A stretch of 64,000 nt of DNA from Candidatus Eiseniibacteriota bacterium (lineage in GTDB: Bacteria; Eisenbacteria; RBG-16-71-46; JABDJR01). The stretch's first letter is position 1, and each line of letters starts with the position of its first letter. The position numbers and the translations under genes are program-made. The notes beneath the pieces were generated by a model. The model searched no databases, was not told where the DNA came from, and saw only the letters and a list, made by a program, of their open reading frames with translations. Shown piece after piece: positions 1 to 9,776 of this stretch. Location of the stretch: NCBI GenBank assembly GCA_963783375.1, contig CAWANH010000029.1:64001-128000 (forward strand), written 5' to 3'.

Positions 1-4
1 GGTC

Positions 5-1201
5 ATGACCGCGGCGGACTGGCTGGTCGATCTGGGGCCGGGGGCCGGGGCCGCCGGGGGGAGCGTCGTCTATTGCGGACCCTCGGCCGGCCGGACCGAG
101 GCCCCCTGGTCCCCCACCGTGGACGTGCTTCGCGAGGCGCCCCCGACCGCGCGCCCCCCCCTCTGCGAACCCCGGGGATGGCTCCGGATCCGGGACGCCT
201 CCCTGCACAACCTGAAGAGCGTCGACGTGGATTTCCCCTGGGGCGTCCTCACCGGGGTTTGCGGGGTGAGCGGGTCGGGAAAGAGCACCCTGGTGGCCGA
301 GACCCTGGTTCCCCTTCTCGAGCAGGCGCTCTCCGCAGGGGGGAACGCGGCCACCGGCCGGGAGTCCGCCCGCGAGGGTCTGGGGCGGCTCCACATCGAG
401 GCCCCGGTGGCGGGGGTGAGGGTGGTGAGCCAGGACCCGCTCTCCCGGTCCGCCCGCTCGGTCCCCGCCAGCTACGTGGGGGCCTGGACCGGGATCCGCT
501 CGGTTTTCGCCGCGCTCCCCGAGTCCAAACGGCGGGGATTCACCCCCGGCACCTTTTCCTTCAACGTCTCCGGCGGGCGTTGCGAGGTCTGCCGGGGTGA
601 GGGAGAGGTGACGGTGGACATGGACTTCATGCCCGACGTCCGACTTCCCTGCGATGCGTGCGGGGGGGCCCGCTTCGGACCGGAGGCCCGGGCGCCGCGT
701 TATCGGGGTCAGAACATCGTGGACGTGCTCGGACTCACCGTCGACCGGGCCCTTTCCCTGTTCGCCGCCGTGCCCTCGGTGGCCCGGCCGCTCTGGTGGA
801 TGCAGCGGGTGGGGCTCGGCTACCTCACCCTGGGCCAGGCCGCACCGACCCTCTCCGGCGGCGAGGCTCAACGCCTGAAGCTCACCCGGGAGCTGGCCAC
901 CGGACTGACCGGCCGCCTCGTCGTCCTCGACGAACCCACGGTGGGGCTTCACGGCTCGGAGGTGGCCCGGTTGGTGGACATCCTCCGTGACATGGTGCGA
1001 TCGGGAAACACGGTTCTGGTCATCGAACACCACATCGATGTTCTCGCCGCGTGCGACTGGCTGGTGGAGCTGGGACCCGACGGCGGGGAGGGGGGAGGAT
1101 GCCTGGTGGCCGGGGGGCCCCCGGAGATCGTGGTCCGGGCGCCCGGCTCGCCGATCGCTCCGTTCCTGGCCCCGCTTCTCGCCGGAGGTCGTTCCGGTTA
1201 G
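5..1201 (+). CDS. uvrA: Excinuclease ABC subunit A, C-terminal half (gene starts before the window)
   Basis: [11 protein letters not shown], Walker [27 protein letters not shown]...CDACGG zinc finger, ABC signature [25 protein letters not shown]. Confidence 0.93.
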   Translation: MTAADWLVDLGPGAGAAGGSVVYCGPSAGRTEAPWSPTVDVLREAPPTARPPLCEPRGWLRIRDASLHNLKSVDVDFPWGVLTGVCGVSGSGKSTLVAETLVPLLEQALSAGGNAATGRESAREGLGRLHIEAPVAGVRVVSQDPLSRSARSVPASYVGAWTGIRSVFAALPESKRRGFTPGTFSFNVSGGRCEVCRGEGEVTVDMDFMPDVRLPCDACGGARFGPEARAPRYRGQNIVDVLGLTVDRALSLFAAVPSVARPLWWMQRVGLGYLTLGQAAPTLSGGEAQRLKLTRELATGLTGRLVVLDEPTVGLHGSEVARLVDILRDMVRSGNTVLVIEHHIDVLAACDWLVELGPDGGEGGGCLVAGGPPEIVVRAPGSPIAPFLAPLLAGGRSG

Positions 1202-1227
1202 CGGTCGTGGAGGAGGCGCGCGGCGGG

Positions 1228-1233
1228 TAGAAT
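1228..1233 (+). promoter_or_regulatory. Putative -10 element for a leaderless rarA transcript
   Basis: TAGAAT ends 6 nt before the ATG at 1240. Confidence 0.4.
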
Positions 1234-1239
1234 GAGCCC

Positions 1240-2631
1240 ATGAGCTTCGAACTGTTCCCCGGCGCCCACGACGCCGGCCCGGACGACTCCGGCGCCACCG
1301 ACGCGCTGCCCGCTCCCGGCGCCCCCCTGGCCGAACGGCTTCGCCCGCGCGCTCTCCCGGAGGTGGTGGGCCAGGAGCACCTGACCGCCCCCGACCGGCT
1401 CCTGGGTCGCATCCAGGCCGGGGGCGTCCTCCCCTCGCTCATCTTCTGGGGCCCGCCGGGGACCGGGAAGACCACCCTGGCCCGCATTCTGGCCCGAGGC
1501 CGGGGGGCCGAGTTCATCGGCCTCTCTGCGGTCTCGGCCGGGGTCAAGGAGGTGCGGGCCGCGGTGGAGGAGGCGCGGCGGAACCGTCGCGCCGGCCGAC
1601 GCACCGTCCTCTTCCTGGACGAGATCCACCGGTTCAACAAGGCCCAGCAGGACGCGCTCCTTCCCACCGTGGAATCGGGGCTCCTGGTTCTCCTCGGCGC
1701 CACCACCGAGAACCCGTCTTTCGAAGTGAATGCCGCGCTCCTCAGCCGCTGCCGGGTGGTGGTGCTGAAGGAGCTCGACGCGGCGGCCCTGGAACGGCTG
1801 TTCGATCGTGCCCTGGCCGACCGCGATCGTGGTTTGGGGGAGCGCGGGCTCCGCTTCGACCCGGAAGCCCGCGCCGCCCTCGTTCGAGGCGCCGACGGCG
1901 ACGCCCGCCGGCTGCTCAACACCCTCGAGGTGATCGAGGGGCTGGCCCCGGAGACCGCCGGAGAGGGAACCCTCGTGGGCGTGGACGCGGTTCGGGAGGC
2001 GCTCCAGGCCGCGGCACTCCGCTACGACCGCGCCGGGGACGAGCACTACAACCTCATTTCCGCCCTTCACAAGAGCGTGCGGGCCAGCGACCCCCAGGGA
2101 GCCGTCTACTGGACCGAGCGCATGCTGGCGGCGGGGGAGGATCCGCTCTACGTGGCGCGACGCCTGGTGCGGATGGCGGTGGAGGACGTCGGCCTCGCCG
2201 ATCCGGACGCCCTCCCCCGGACCATGGCCGCCCGGGAGGCGGTCCACTTCCTCGGCCTTCCCGAGGGCGCGGCGGCCCTCGCCCAAGCGGCGATCTACCT
2301 CGCCCTGGCCCCCAAGAGCAACCGGGTCTATCGGGCGGAGCTGGCGGCCCGGGAGGTGATCGAACGGACCGGGACCCTTCCCGTCCCCCTGGCCTTTCGG
2401 AACCCGGTGACCGGGCTCATGAAGGGATTGGGGTACGGCGGCGGCTACCGCTACGACCACGACGTCGAGGGAGCCGTATCCGGACAGAAGGGGCTTCCCG
2501 AGGAGCTGGCGGGAACCCGGTTCTACGAGCCCTCTCCCCGGGGGTTCGAGCGCGAACTCACCGATCGCCTGCGGATGCTGGACAGCGTGGGGCCGCCCCC
2601 GGATTCTCCGGACCCCCCTCACCAGGACTGA
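1240..2631 (+). CDS. rarA: Replication-associated recombination protein A (AAA+ ATPase, MgsA/RarA)
   Basis: [80 protein letters not shown]. Confidence 0.96.
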   Translation: MSFELFPGAHDAGPDDSGATDALPAPGAPLAERLRPRALPEVVGQEHLTAPDRLLGRIQAGGVLPSLIFWGPPGTGKTTLARILARGRGAEFIGLSAVSAGVKEVRAAVEEARRNRRAGRRTVLFLDEIHRFNKAQQDALLPTVESGLLVLLGATTENPSFEVNAALLSRCRVVVLKELDAAALERLFDRALADRDRGLGERGLRFDPEARAALVRGADGDARRLLNTLEVIEGLAPETAGEGTLVGVDAVREALQAAALRYDRAGDEHYNLISALHKSVRASDPQGAVYWTERMLAAGEDPLYVARRLVRMAVEDVGLADPDALPRTMAAREAVHFLGLPEGAAALAQAAIYLALAPKSNRVYRAELAAREVIERTGTLPVPLAFRNPVTGLMKGLGYGGGYRYDHDVEGAVSGQKGLPEELAGTRFYEPSPRGFERELTDRLRMLDSVGPPPDSPDPPHQD

Positions 2632-2671
2632 CCCGAGAGCCTGTCCGGACCACCGGGGCCCGGATCGTTCG

Positions 2672-2752
2672 GGACCGCCACCGCCGGGATCAGCCCGCCC
2701 CGCCCAGTGTCATCCCGGACCGCCACCGCCGGGATCAGCCCGCCCCGCCCAG
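2672..2752. repeat. Two identical 36-bp direct repeats (2672-2707, 2717-2752) separated by 9 bp
   Basis: GGACCGCCACCGCCGGGATCAGCCCGCCCCGCCCAG read twice in the intergenic region. Confidence 0.9.
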
Positions 2753-2805
2753 GAGTGTGACGCTCAGGAACCTTCCTGAATCTCTACCCAAAGAGATCTC
2801 TCCCC

Positions 2806-2841
2806 AAAAAAACGGAGCCTGACCCGGTGGGGTCAGGCTCC
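2806..2841 (-). terminator. Intrinsic terminator of the 206-aa secreted protein gene
   Basis: 12-bp perfect stem GGAGCCTGACCC/GGGTCAGGCTCC with 4-nt loop, followed on the minus strand by a T7 run (A run 2806-2812). Confidence 0.85.
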
Positions 2842-2875
2842 CTGAAATTGCGCTACGGCCGGTTCGGGCTCCCGG

Positions 2876-3496
2876 TTACTGGGCCGTGCAGGACTCGCTG
2901 TTCTTGATGCCGGAGCCGGCCAACGAGGCGTCGTCGATGGCGACGATGCCGTCGCTGTTCAGATCGGAGCAGTAGTTGAAGGTGCCGCTCTTGAAGAACT
3001 CCCCGTGGAAGGACGCATCGGTCAGACTCACGCCCGAGGTCGCGCCCGGATTCCACCCCTGCCAGGGGAGAAGTCCGGCGTTGTCCACGGCATCAGGGCT
3101 CACCCCGCCGACTTCGTTCAACTTGATCCCGGCGGCGAAGACCTCCACTGCCGGAGGTGCGGCGACCTGGGAGGGATCGATGCAGCCGCCGGCCCCGATG
3201 AAGAAGTGAGCCTGTCCGCCGGCATCGGTAATCGCCTCGATGGTCGGATGCGTCTGGCCGACACACCACTGAACCAGGGAATCCGCCTCGGTGGAGAAAA
3301 TGACCTGGACGGTGGCGCCGGAGATCGGTCCCGAGGAGCCGTTGACGGTCACGATGTACTCCAGGTTCCCGCCGGGGCTGTAAATAACGTTGGGAGCATC
3401 GCTCAGGCTTGGATCGGGGATCCCGGCGTACACTGCGACAGGTACCACCATAGCCGCCACGAGCACACCCAGAAGGAGACGAAAACTGCGACCCAT
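2876..3496 (-). CDS. Secreted protein, predicted mature N-terminus GIPD, C-terminal dockerin/EF-hand-like Ca2+ loop
   Basis: Signal peptide ending AVYA|GIPDPSLS; Ig-like beta region; DLNSDGIVAIDD motif; 4 Cys; AGGAGG RBS; own terminator. Confidence 0.85.
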   Translation of the reverse strand: MGRSFRLLLGVLVAAMVVPVAVYAGIPDPSLSDAPNVIYSPGGNLEYIVTVNGSSGPISGATVQVIFSTEADSLVQWCVGQTHPTIEAITDAGGQAHFFIGAGGCIDPSQVAAPPAVEVFAAGIKLNEVGGVSPDAVDNAGLLPWQGWNPGATSGVSLTDASFHGEFFKSGTFNYCSDLNSDGIVAIDDASLAGSGIKNSESCTAQ

Positions 3497-3676
3497 CGGT
3501 GCACCTCCTATAGTCAGTTTCGGGCTAAAAAAGCAGCTCCACCCTAGCCACCGCTGGAGTTGGATTGCAGTTAGTCTACCAAGTCGCTGGACCTGGAATC
3601 AACAGTTTCTTAACATTTCTTAGAAGTTGTTGGTAGATAACGCATTCCAGGGCCGTTGCCGGCGGGGAGCCGACGG

Positions 3677-4543
3677 TCAGGGCTTCAGGCCCTCATCGGG
3701 TTGCTTTCCCTTGGGGGGGCTCTTGAGAGCCTGCCGGGATCCGGCCTGGTTGAGCCGGGTGGCGATGGCCTGGGGGAATTCGAGGGACTGGGGGGCGCCG
3801 CACACCGTGCAGTTGAGCCAGTAGATGTGTGAGAGGCTCCCGCCCTCGTGCAGCTTGGATTTCTCCTTGACCACCTTGTAGGTGCCCCCGTCCTTGGGAC
3901 AGCGCATCCGGAGGACCACGGATCCTTCGCGCATGGACTCGGCCTGGGCGGAAGTGATCAGGTCGTTCTGAGCGCTCACATAGAGGTTGGTCGCGTAGCG
4001 TATGAGCCTGAGCGCCAGCTCGGCCGCGTTCTCCGGGGGGATCTCGTTTCTGGCGATCAGGGTGTCCGCGGCCACCAACGCCGCCTCGGCCATCCCCACC
4101 ACCATGAACGCCACCGGCTTGTTCCCGAGCGCGGGGACCCCGGGAAGTGCCTTGTTGAAGAGGACGGCCTGGGCCTCCGGTGGCAGCGTGGTGTCCGCGG
4201 CCACCGCCTTGGTCGCGACCCCGTGGAGGGCCTCGACCACGCTCCGGTCGAAGCGGTCCTGGGTCTCGATGCCGTCGAAGGTGGTGAGCGGAAGCTTCTT
4301 CCCGAGCACCACCAACCCCGCCTCCCGTTGCAGGAGAAGACGATGGGTCAGCTCGAGGGCAGCGGTGGGGGACGCGGGGGCGCCCCCCCCCGCGTGGAGA
4401 AGGGAATCGGTCAGGGCCGCCTGATCCTCGAGAAAGGCCTTGTCCACCTTGGCCGTTTCGGCCCGGGCGGCGGGGGCCGCCCCCAGACAGAGGACCACGG
4501 CGAAAAGCCCGGCGCTGGTGGCACGGGTTCGGATCTGATTCAT
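3677..4543 (-). CDS. Secreted hypothetical protein with C-terminal zinc-ribbon-like motif
   Basis: Signal peptide (AAPAARA|ET), helical body, CPKD...CTVC near the C-terminus; GGAGG upstream. Confidence 0.75.
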   Translation of the reverse strand: MNQIRTRATSAGLFAVVLCLGAAPAARAETAKVDKAFLEDQAALTDSLLHAGGGAPASPTAALELTHRLLLQREAGLVVLGKKLPLTTFDGIETQDRFDRSVVEALHGVATKAVAADTTLPPEAQAVLFNKALPGVPALGNKPVAFMVVGMAEAALVAADTLIARNEIPPENAAELALRLIRYATNLYVSAQNDLITSAQAESMREGSVVLRMRCPKDGGTYKVVKEKSKLHEGGSLSHIYWLNCTVCGAPQSLEFPQAIATRLNQAGSRQALKSPPKGKQPDEGLKP

Positions 4544-4697
4544 CGGTGCCCTTCCTCCTCCGGTTCCGGGATGGGGAGGAGCGTCCGGCGGTCGGGCCGG
4601 GTGCCCCCCGGGGATGGGGATTCAGACTAGCATCGCCCGCGCGACCGGCCAACCGGCCGCCGTCCGGACGAGCAATCCGGACGAGACAGGTTCTCTT

Positions 4698-4726
4698 TTG
4701 ACACGGTACACCGCCCCTGATAAACT
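4698..4726 (+). promoter_or_regulatory. Near-consensus sigma70 promoter for the C25 protease operon
   Basis: TTGACA (4698-4703), 17-bp spacer, TGn-TAAACT (4721-4726). Confidence 0.75.
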
Positions 4727-4898
4727 CTAATACTCAACCTGGGACCGATGATTCCGCATCAGGATCCTCGCGCCGAGTTCCGGAGTTCAATGGAGCCGAC
4801 GCTTGGGTGCCGTTACGGAACCGTGCCCAGGGTCGGCTCTTCGTGTCCTAGCAGCAACTGAGGTCCCCCTCACTCCTTTTCCCAAGGAGGCCGCCTCG

Positions 4899-7800
4899 AT
4901 GCACCCTTCCCCCAGGGTCATCCTCTGGATTCTGTTTGCCTCGCTCCTGCTCCCCCTTGCGCCCATGGCGCCCCGAGCGTCCGAGACCATCCTCCACGTC
5001 GACCGTCGTTACGATGCGGGGCGACTGAGGGTGGGGGCGGGAGCCGCCGGGGTGAGCGTGTCCCTGGAAGGACTCCGGAACCTCGAGGAGCCGGGCCTCC
5101 CCGCCCTCCCCGTGGACCGGGTCACCGTCGAGGCTCCTCCCGGCATGCGCCTGGCCGACATCGGGGTCCGGGTGTCCGGGGAATCGCAGGCGGCGATCAC
5201 CGCCCCCCCCGCGGCCTTCCGGGCCGACGCCGGGCCGGACCGGACTCCGGTGGGGGCCGACCCCTCGGTCTACGGCGGCACGACCCCGTTTCCAACCCGG
5301 ACGGCGGAAATCCTCCCCGGCGGCTACTTCCGCGGACGGCGCATGGAGACGGTGGAGATCCACCCCGTACGGTGGCTTCCGGCGGTGGGGCGCCTGGTCA
5401 CGGCGGGACACGTGGAGCTGGAACTCCGGTTCGAGCCGGACAATTCGACGAATCGCCTCCGGCCGCGGAACGTGGCCTGGGAGCCCGAAGACCGGTTCGC
5501 CGAGGCCGCGCGTGCCCTCGAGTCGGTCTCGAGCCCGGAGGTGTCTCTCGATCATCACCGCCGGCTGAGCCCGCTCGTGAACGGAGGGGAACCGTTCTCG
5601 CCCCGCTTCCTTCCCTCGGAGGACGGGTCTCCGGTCCGGTACCTCATCATCACCACCGATTCCATGGCCCCCGCCTTCCAGGATCTCGCCGACTGGAAGA
5701 CGGCGCTCGGGTTTCCCACCGTGGTGAGGACCACCGCCTGGATCTATGCCAACTATCCGCGGGGGGTCGATCACGCGGAGGACGTGCGGAACTTCGTTCG
5801 CGAGGCGGTGGAGAAGTGGGGCGTGGAGTACGTGCTTCTGGCCGGTGACCTCGGGCAGGTTCCGGTGCGATACGGAAAGTCGTACTACTACACCGGAGAC
5901 CTCATACCCACCGATCTCTACTTCATGTGTCTGGACGGCAACTGGGACGGAAACGGCGACGATCTATTCGGTCAGGCCTACGTCAACGCCACGGTCAAGG
6001 GCGACGGCGCCGATCTCTACCCCGACGTGTGGGAGGGGCGGCTTCCGGTGCGAAGCGCTGCTGAGGCCAGCCAGTACATCGCCAAGGTCAAGAACTACGA
6101 GACGAAGGCCCCCCTGGGGCCGGGATTCGGCGACGAAGCGCTTCTCCTGGGCGAAATGGTCGTCCCCCAGAACTGGAGCCAGGGGGACACCGTGCTCTAC
6201 GACGGAGCCGGACTCTGCGAGAGCGCCGGGAGCTACATGACCCCCGGGATCGCCAGCCACCGCATGTACGAGAACTACACCCAGTACTCGGGGGCCTTCT
6301 GGGAGGTCAAGCCGGACGTGGTCGCCCAGATCAACCACGGATACAACATGATCCTCCACGTGGGTCACGGGTACCGGAACACCATGTCGGTGGGCTACGA
6401 CAGCCAGAGCCTGGCCAACGGCGACGTGGACGCCTTCTACAACGGGAACCGCCAGGGCCTGCTGTACGCCATCAACTGCACGTCGTCGGCCTTCGATTTC
6501 GACTGCATCGCCGATCACTTCATCCGGAACCCGAACGGGGGCGTGGTGGCCTCGATCGGATCCACCCGGTACGATTTCCCCTTCACCGGCCGCCACTATC
6601 AGGACGAATTCTTCCACCAGGTCTACGACGCGGGGATCACACGGCTGGGCGACGTCGCCGCCCTGCAGAAGGTGCCCTTCATTCCCCTGTCCTCCAAGGA
6701 CGGCGAGTACCGGTGGACCCAGTTCAACCTCATCCTCATGGGAGACCCCACCCTCGACCTGTACACCGGACCGGTGGATACCCTGAGCGCGACCCTGCTG
6801 AGTCCGCCGGTGCTGGGACAGAACGCCTATACCGTCCAGGTATCCGCTTCCTCGGGCCCGGTGGAGGGAGCCACGGTCTGCTTGAACAAGGCCGGGGACT
6901 CCTACGGCTACGCGGTGACCGACGCCGCGGGGCAGGCGGTGATCCAGTTCGACCCGGACCTCCCCGGAGCGGCCACCCTGGGGGCGCGGGCTCACAACTT
7001 CCGGTCCCGGGTGGACACGATCCAGGTCGCGGCCCCCGCGGGGCTCCATCTCTTTGCCGGTGACGTGGTGATCGACGATGCCGCGGGAGGGGACGGGGAC
7101 GGAATCCTCGAGGCGGGGGAGACCGCCCTCCTCTATCCGGTCCTGGGGAACCAGGGGGGCTCGACCGCGACCGGCGTCACCGTAACCGTGGTCCAGGCCC
7201 CGGCCGGGATCACCGTGCTCGACGGATCCGCCTCCTGCCCGGAGGTGCTGCCCGATTCCACCGCTGCCTGCACCGATCCGCTCGAGGTCCTCGTGGACCC
7301 GGCCGCGCCCGACGTGAGCCTTCAGACCCTGGATCTCCACATCTCCGCCGGGGCGTACGTCCGGGATCTTCCCATGGCGCTCTACGTGGGTGCCCCGAGC
7401 CTGCTCGTGGCCGGTAGCGCATGGCGCGACACCGTGGGGAACGGGAACGGCGACGGGATCGTTCAGGCCGGCGAGGACCAGTTCTTCCGGGTGACCCTCG
7501 AGAACCTGGGGCTCGGGGTGGCCGCCGGTCTCACCGCCTCCCTGACCAGCGCCGACCCCGCGGTCCAGATCAGCGACGGGACCTCGTTCTACGGCGACCT
7601 GGAGCCGGATTCATCGGCGACCGGGGACGGTTTCCTGTTCCGGTTCAGCGATTCCGATCCCACCCATGCGATGCGGCTCACGGTTGCCGCCCAGGGAGGC
7701 GTCCTCCTGGACCGGGACGTGAACATCGTGCCTCCGGCCGCCCCCGTCGGACTCGCCGCCCAGGGCGGGGCGGAGGACATCGGTCTTCGCTGGTACCCGG

Positions 7801-9650
7801 TCACCAGCTCCGACTTGAGGGGGTACAACATCTATCGGGCCCTCCAATCCGCCGGACCCTTCGCCCGCGTCAACCCGACCCCCATCGGGCGCATCTCCTA
7901 CTACCGGGACGAGGATCTCCCCCCGCTCACTCGCTTCTACTACAAGGTCGCCTCGGTGGATTCCTCGGGGAACGAGAGCGGAACCTCCGGGATCGCCCAG
8001 GCCACCACGAGCCTGCCGGCGGATCCCGGTTTTCCCCTGGCGCTGGGGGGGGCCACGTCGTCCTCGCCCTGCCTGGCCTATCTGAGCGGCGATACTCGCG
8101 CGGAAATCGTCACCGGTGCGGAGGAGATCTACGCCGCCCAGTACGACGGGAAGGAGCTCATCGACGGGGACCACGACAGCCGCACCTACGGCGTCTTCTC
8201 CTCCACGGGGTTCGGACCTTTCTGGAGCCCGCCCGCGGTCGGGGACCTGGATCACGACGGGGTGGAGGAGATCGTCAGCGCGGGGTGGAACAGCGGGTAT
8301 CTCTACGTCTGGGAATCCCACGGCCAGATCCGCCAGGGATGGCCCCGCCAGATCAACATCGACGGTAGCGCCGCCCCTTCCATCTGGGGAGCGCCGGTGC
8401 TGGCCGACCTGGACGGGGACGGTCGCATGGAGATCATCATCAACGCCGGCCGCTACACGTTCGCTTTCCGCGATGACGGCGCCGAGTTCGTCGACGGCGA
8501 CAACGACCCATCCACCTACGGAGTCCTCATCCGCATGGGGTCGGCGGCCAACTACAGCACCCCGGCGGTGGCGGACCTGAACCAGGACACCATTCCCGAG
8601 ATCATCGTGGGATCCCGGGACGGAAAACTGTACGTGGTGGAGCCGGACGGCGCCCCGTTGCCCGGCTTCCCCTTCGTTTCCGGAGGGGACATCAGCAGTT
8701 CCCCGGCGATCGGAGACCTCGACAACGACGGCCTCCCCGAGATCGTGTTCGCCAACGGCAACCTCCAGGCGTTCGCCCTCAACGTCAACCTGCAGCAGCC
8801 TCCGGGCTGGCCCCAGGGGGCGAACATGAACCGGGACTATGATTCCTCGCCCGCCCTGGCCGACATGGACGGCGACGGCTACCTCGACGTGGTTATCTGC
8901 GCGGGGAATGGGACCCCCTTCATGTGGCACGGCCAGAACGGGCAGAAGTTCCCGGGGTGGGGATTCGTGCTCTACGACAACGAGGGAAGCAAGCTGGGAC
9001 TGTCCAGTTCGCCCGCGGTGGGGAACCTGGATGACGACCCCGAACTGGAGGTCTGCTTCGGGGCCAACGACGGCAATCTCTACGCCTACAACGTGGATGC
9101 CACCCTGGTGCCGGGATTCCCGATCGGCACCGCCAACCGGATCGAGGGAGGCCCGCTCCTCTGGGACATCGACAACGACGGGTACACCGAGGTGGTGGTG
9201 CACGACCTCGACCAGAACCTCTACGTCTGGAAGTCACCCGGAGCCTTCGATCCCCAGAATCAGCCCTGGCCCATGTTCCATCACGACAGCCACCGGACCG
9301 GCGTGGCCACCAGCCCGATCTGGGTGGTCACCGGGGTGCCGGCGGAGAAGCCGGCCCCGCGCCGTCCCGTTCTGGCTCCGAACTTTCCCAACCCGTTCTC
9401 CTCGGCCACCCATATCGAGTACCGGATTCCCGAGGGCGCGCCCGCCGGGGCGAACGTCGATCTCTCGATCTACGATCTCTCGGGCCGGGAGGTCCGTACC
9501 CTGGCTCATGGGCTTCAGCCCGCGGGGACGCACGTGGCGCGTTGGGACGGCACCGACGGAAACGGTCGGAGGGTGACCGCCGGTATCTACTTCTATCGCC
9601 TGCGGGTCGGATCCGAGCGCCTGACCAGGAAGCTCGTGCTCATTCCCTGA
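4899..9650 (+). CDS. C25 (gingipain-like) cysteine peptidase: propeptide, catalytic domain, Ig/FN3 domains, FG-GAP repeats, FlgD-Ig/T9SS-A-like C-terminal domain
   Basis: AAGGAGG RBS before ATG 4899; signal peptide; YLIIT...WKTALG, PTDLYF, GRLP, catalytic HVGHG and AINC, LMGDP; many DLDxDGxxEI repeats; NFPNPF...WDGTD..G...AGIYFYRL tail. Confidence 0.9.
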   Translation: MHPSPRVILWILFASLLLPLAPMAPRASETILHVDRRYDAGRLRVGAGAAGVSVSLEGLRNLEEPGLPALPVDRVTVEAPPGMRLADIGVRVSGESQAAITAPPAAFRADAGPDRTPVGADPSVYGGTTPFPTRTAEILPGGYFRGRRMETVEIHPVRWLPAVGRLVTAGHVELELRFEPDNSTNRLRPRNVAWEPEDRFAEAARALESVSSPEVSLDHHRRLSPLVNGGEPFSPRFLPSEDGSPVRYLIITTDSMAPAFQDLADWKTALGFPTVVRTTAWIYANYPRGVDHAEDVRNFVREAVEKWGVEYVLLAGDLGQVPVRYGKSYYYTGDLIPTDLYFMCLDGNWDGNGDDLFGQAYVNATVKGDGADLYPDVWEGRLPVRSAAEASQYIAKVKNYETKAPLGPGFGDEALLLGEMVVPQNWSQGDTVLYDGAGLCESAGSYMTPGIASHRMYENYTQYSGAFWEVKPDVVAQINHGYNMILHVGHGYRNTMSVGYDSQSLANGDVDAFYNGNRQGLLYAINCTSSAFDFDCIADHFIRNPNGGVVASIGSTRYDFPFTGRHYQDEFFHQVYDAGITRLGDVAALQKVPFIPLSSKDGEYRWTQFNLILMGDPTLDLYTGPVDTLSATLLSPPVLGQNAYTVQVSASSGPVEGATVCLNKAGDSYGYAVTDAAGQAVIQFDPDLPGAATLGARAHNFRSRVDTIQVAAPAGLHLFAGDVVIDDAAGGDGDGILEAGETALLYPVLGNQGGSTATGVTVTVVQAPAGITVLDGSASCPEVLPDSTAACTDPLEVLVDPAAPDVSLQTLDLHISAGAYVRDLPMALYVGAPSLLVAGSAWRDTVGNGNGDGIVQAGEDQFFRVTLENLGLGVAAGLTASLTSADPAVQISDGTSFYGDLEPDSSATGDGFLFRFSDSDPTHAMRLTVAAQGGVLLDRDVNIVPPAAPVGLAAQGGAEDIGLRWYPVTSSDLRGYNIYRALQSAGPFARVNPTPIGRISYYRDEDLPPLTRFYYKVASVDSSGNESGTSGIAQATTSLPADPGFPLALGGATSSSPCLAYLSGDTRAEIVTGAEEIYAAQYDGKELIDGDHDSRTYGVFSSTGFGPFWSPPAVGDLDHDGVEEIVSAGWNSGYLYVWESHGQIRQGWPRQINIDGSAAPSIWGAPVLADLDGDGRMEIIINAGRYTFAFRDDGAEFVDGDNDPSTYGVLIRMGSAANYSTPAVADLNQDTIPEIIVGSRDGKLYVVEPDGAPLPGFPFVSGGDISSSPAIGDLDNDGLPEIVFANGNLQAFALNVNLQQPPGWPQGANMNRDYDSSPALADMDGDGYLDVVICAGNGTPFMWHGQNGQKFPGWGFVLYDNEGSKLGLSSSPAVGNLDDDPELEVCFGANDGNLYAYNVDATLVPGFPIGTANRIEGGPLLWDIDNDGYTEVVVHDLDQNLYVWKSPGAFDPQNQPWPMFHHDSHRTGVATSPIWVVTGVPAEKPAPRRPVLAPNFPNPFSSATHIEYRIPEGAPAGANVDLSIYDLSGREVRTLAHGLQPAGTHVARWDGTDGNGRRVTAGIYFYRLRVGSERLTRKLVLIP

Positions 9651-9776
9651 TCGGGCGATGGCGCGCGGACCCTGGCCGGGTCGGGTCACTCCTGCTACCC
9701 TCTGCCCTCGGTCCGCTCCGCCGGTGCTCCGGACGGCGCGAGGACCGGGGGATCCTCCGTCCATCAGGAATTCGAG

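Noticed and set aside
2672-2752. CRISPR array
   Set aside because: Only two repeats, a 9-bp spacer, and no cas genes in the window
4803-4898. N-terminal extensions given by the ORF track (also 27671-30967, 31233-33695, 39644-42682, 40519-44031, 47333-48454)
   Set aside because: Downstream starts with an RBS, signal peptide or stop-start overlap fit better; most extensions overlap other genes
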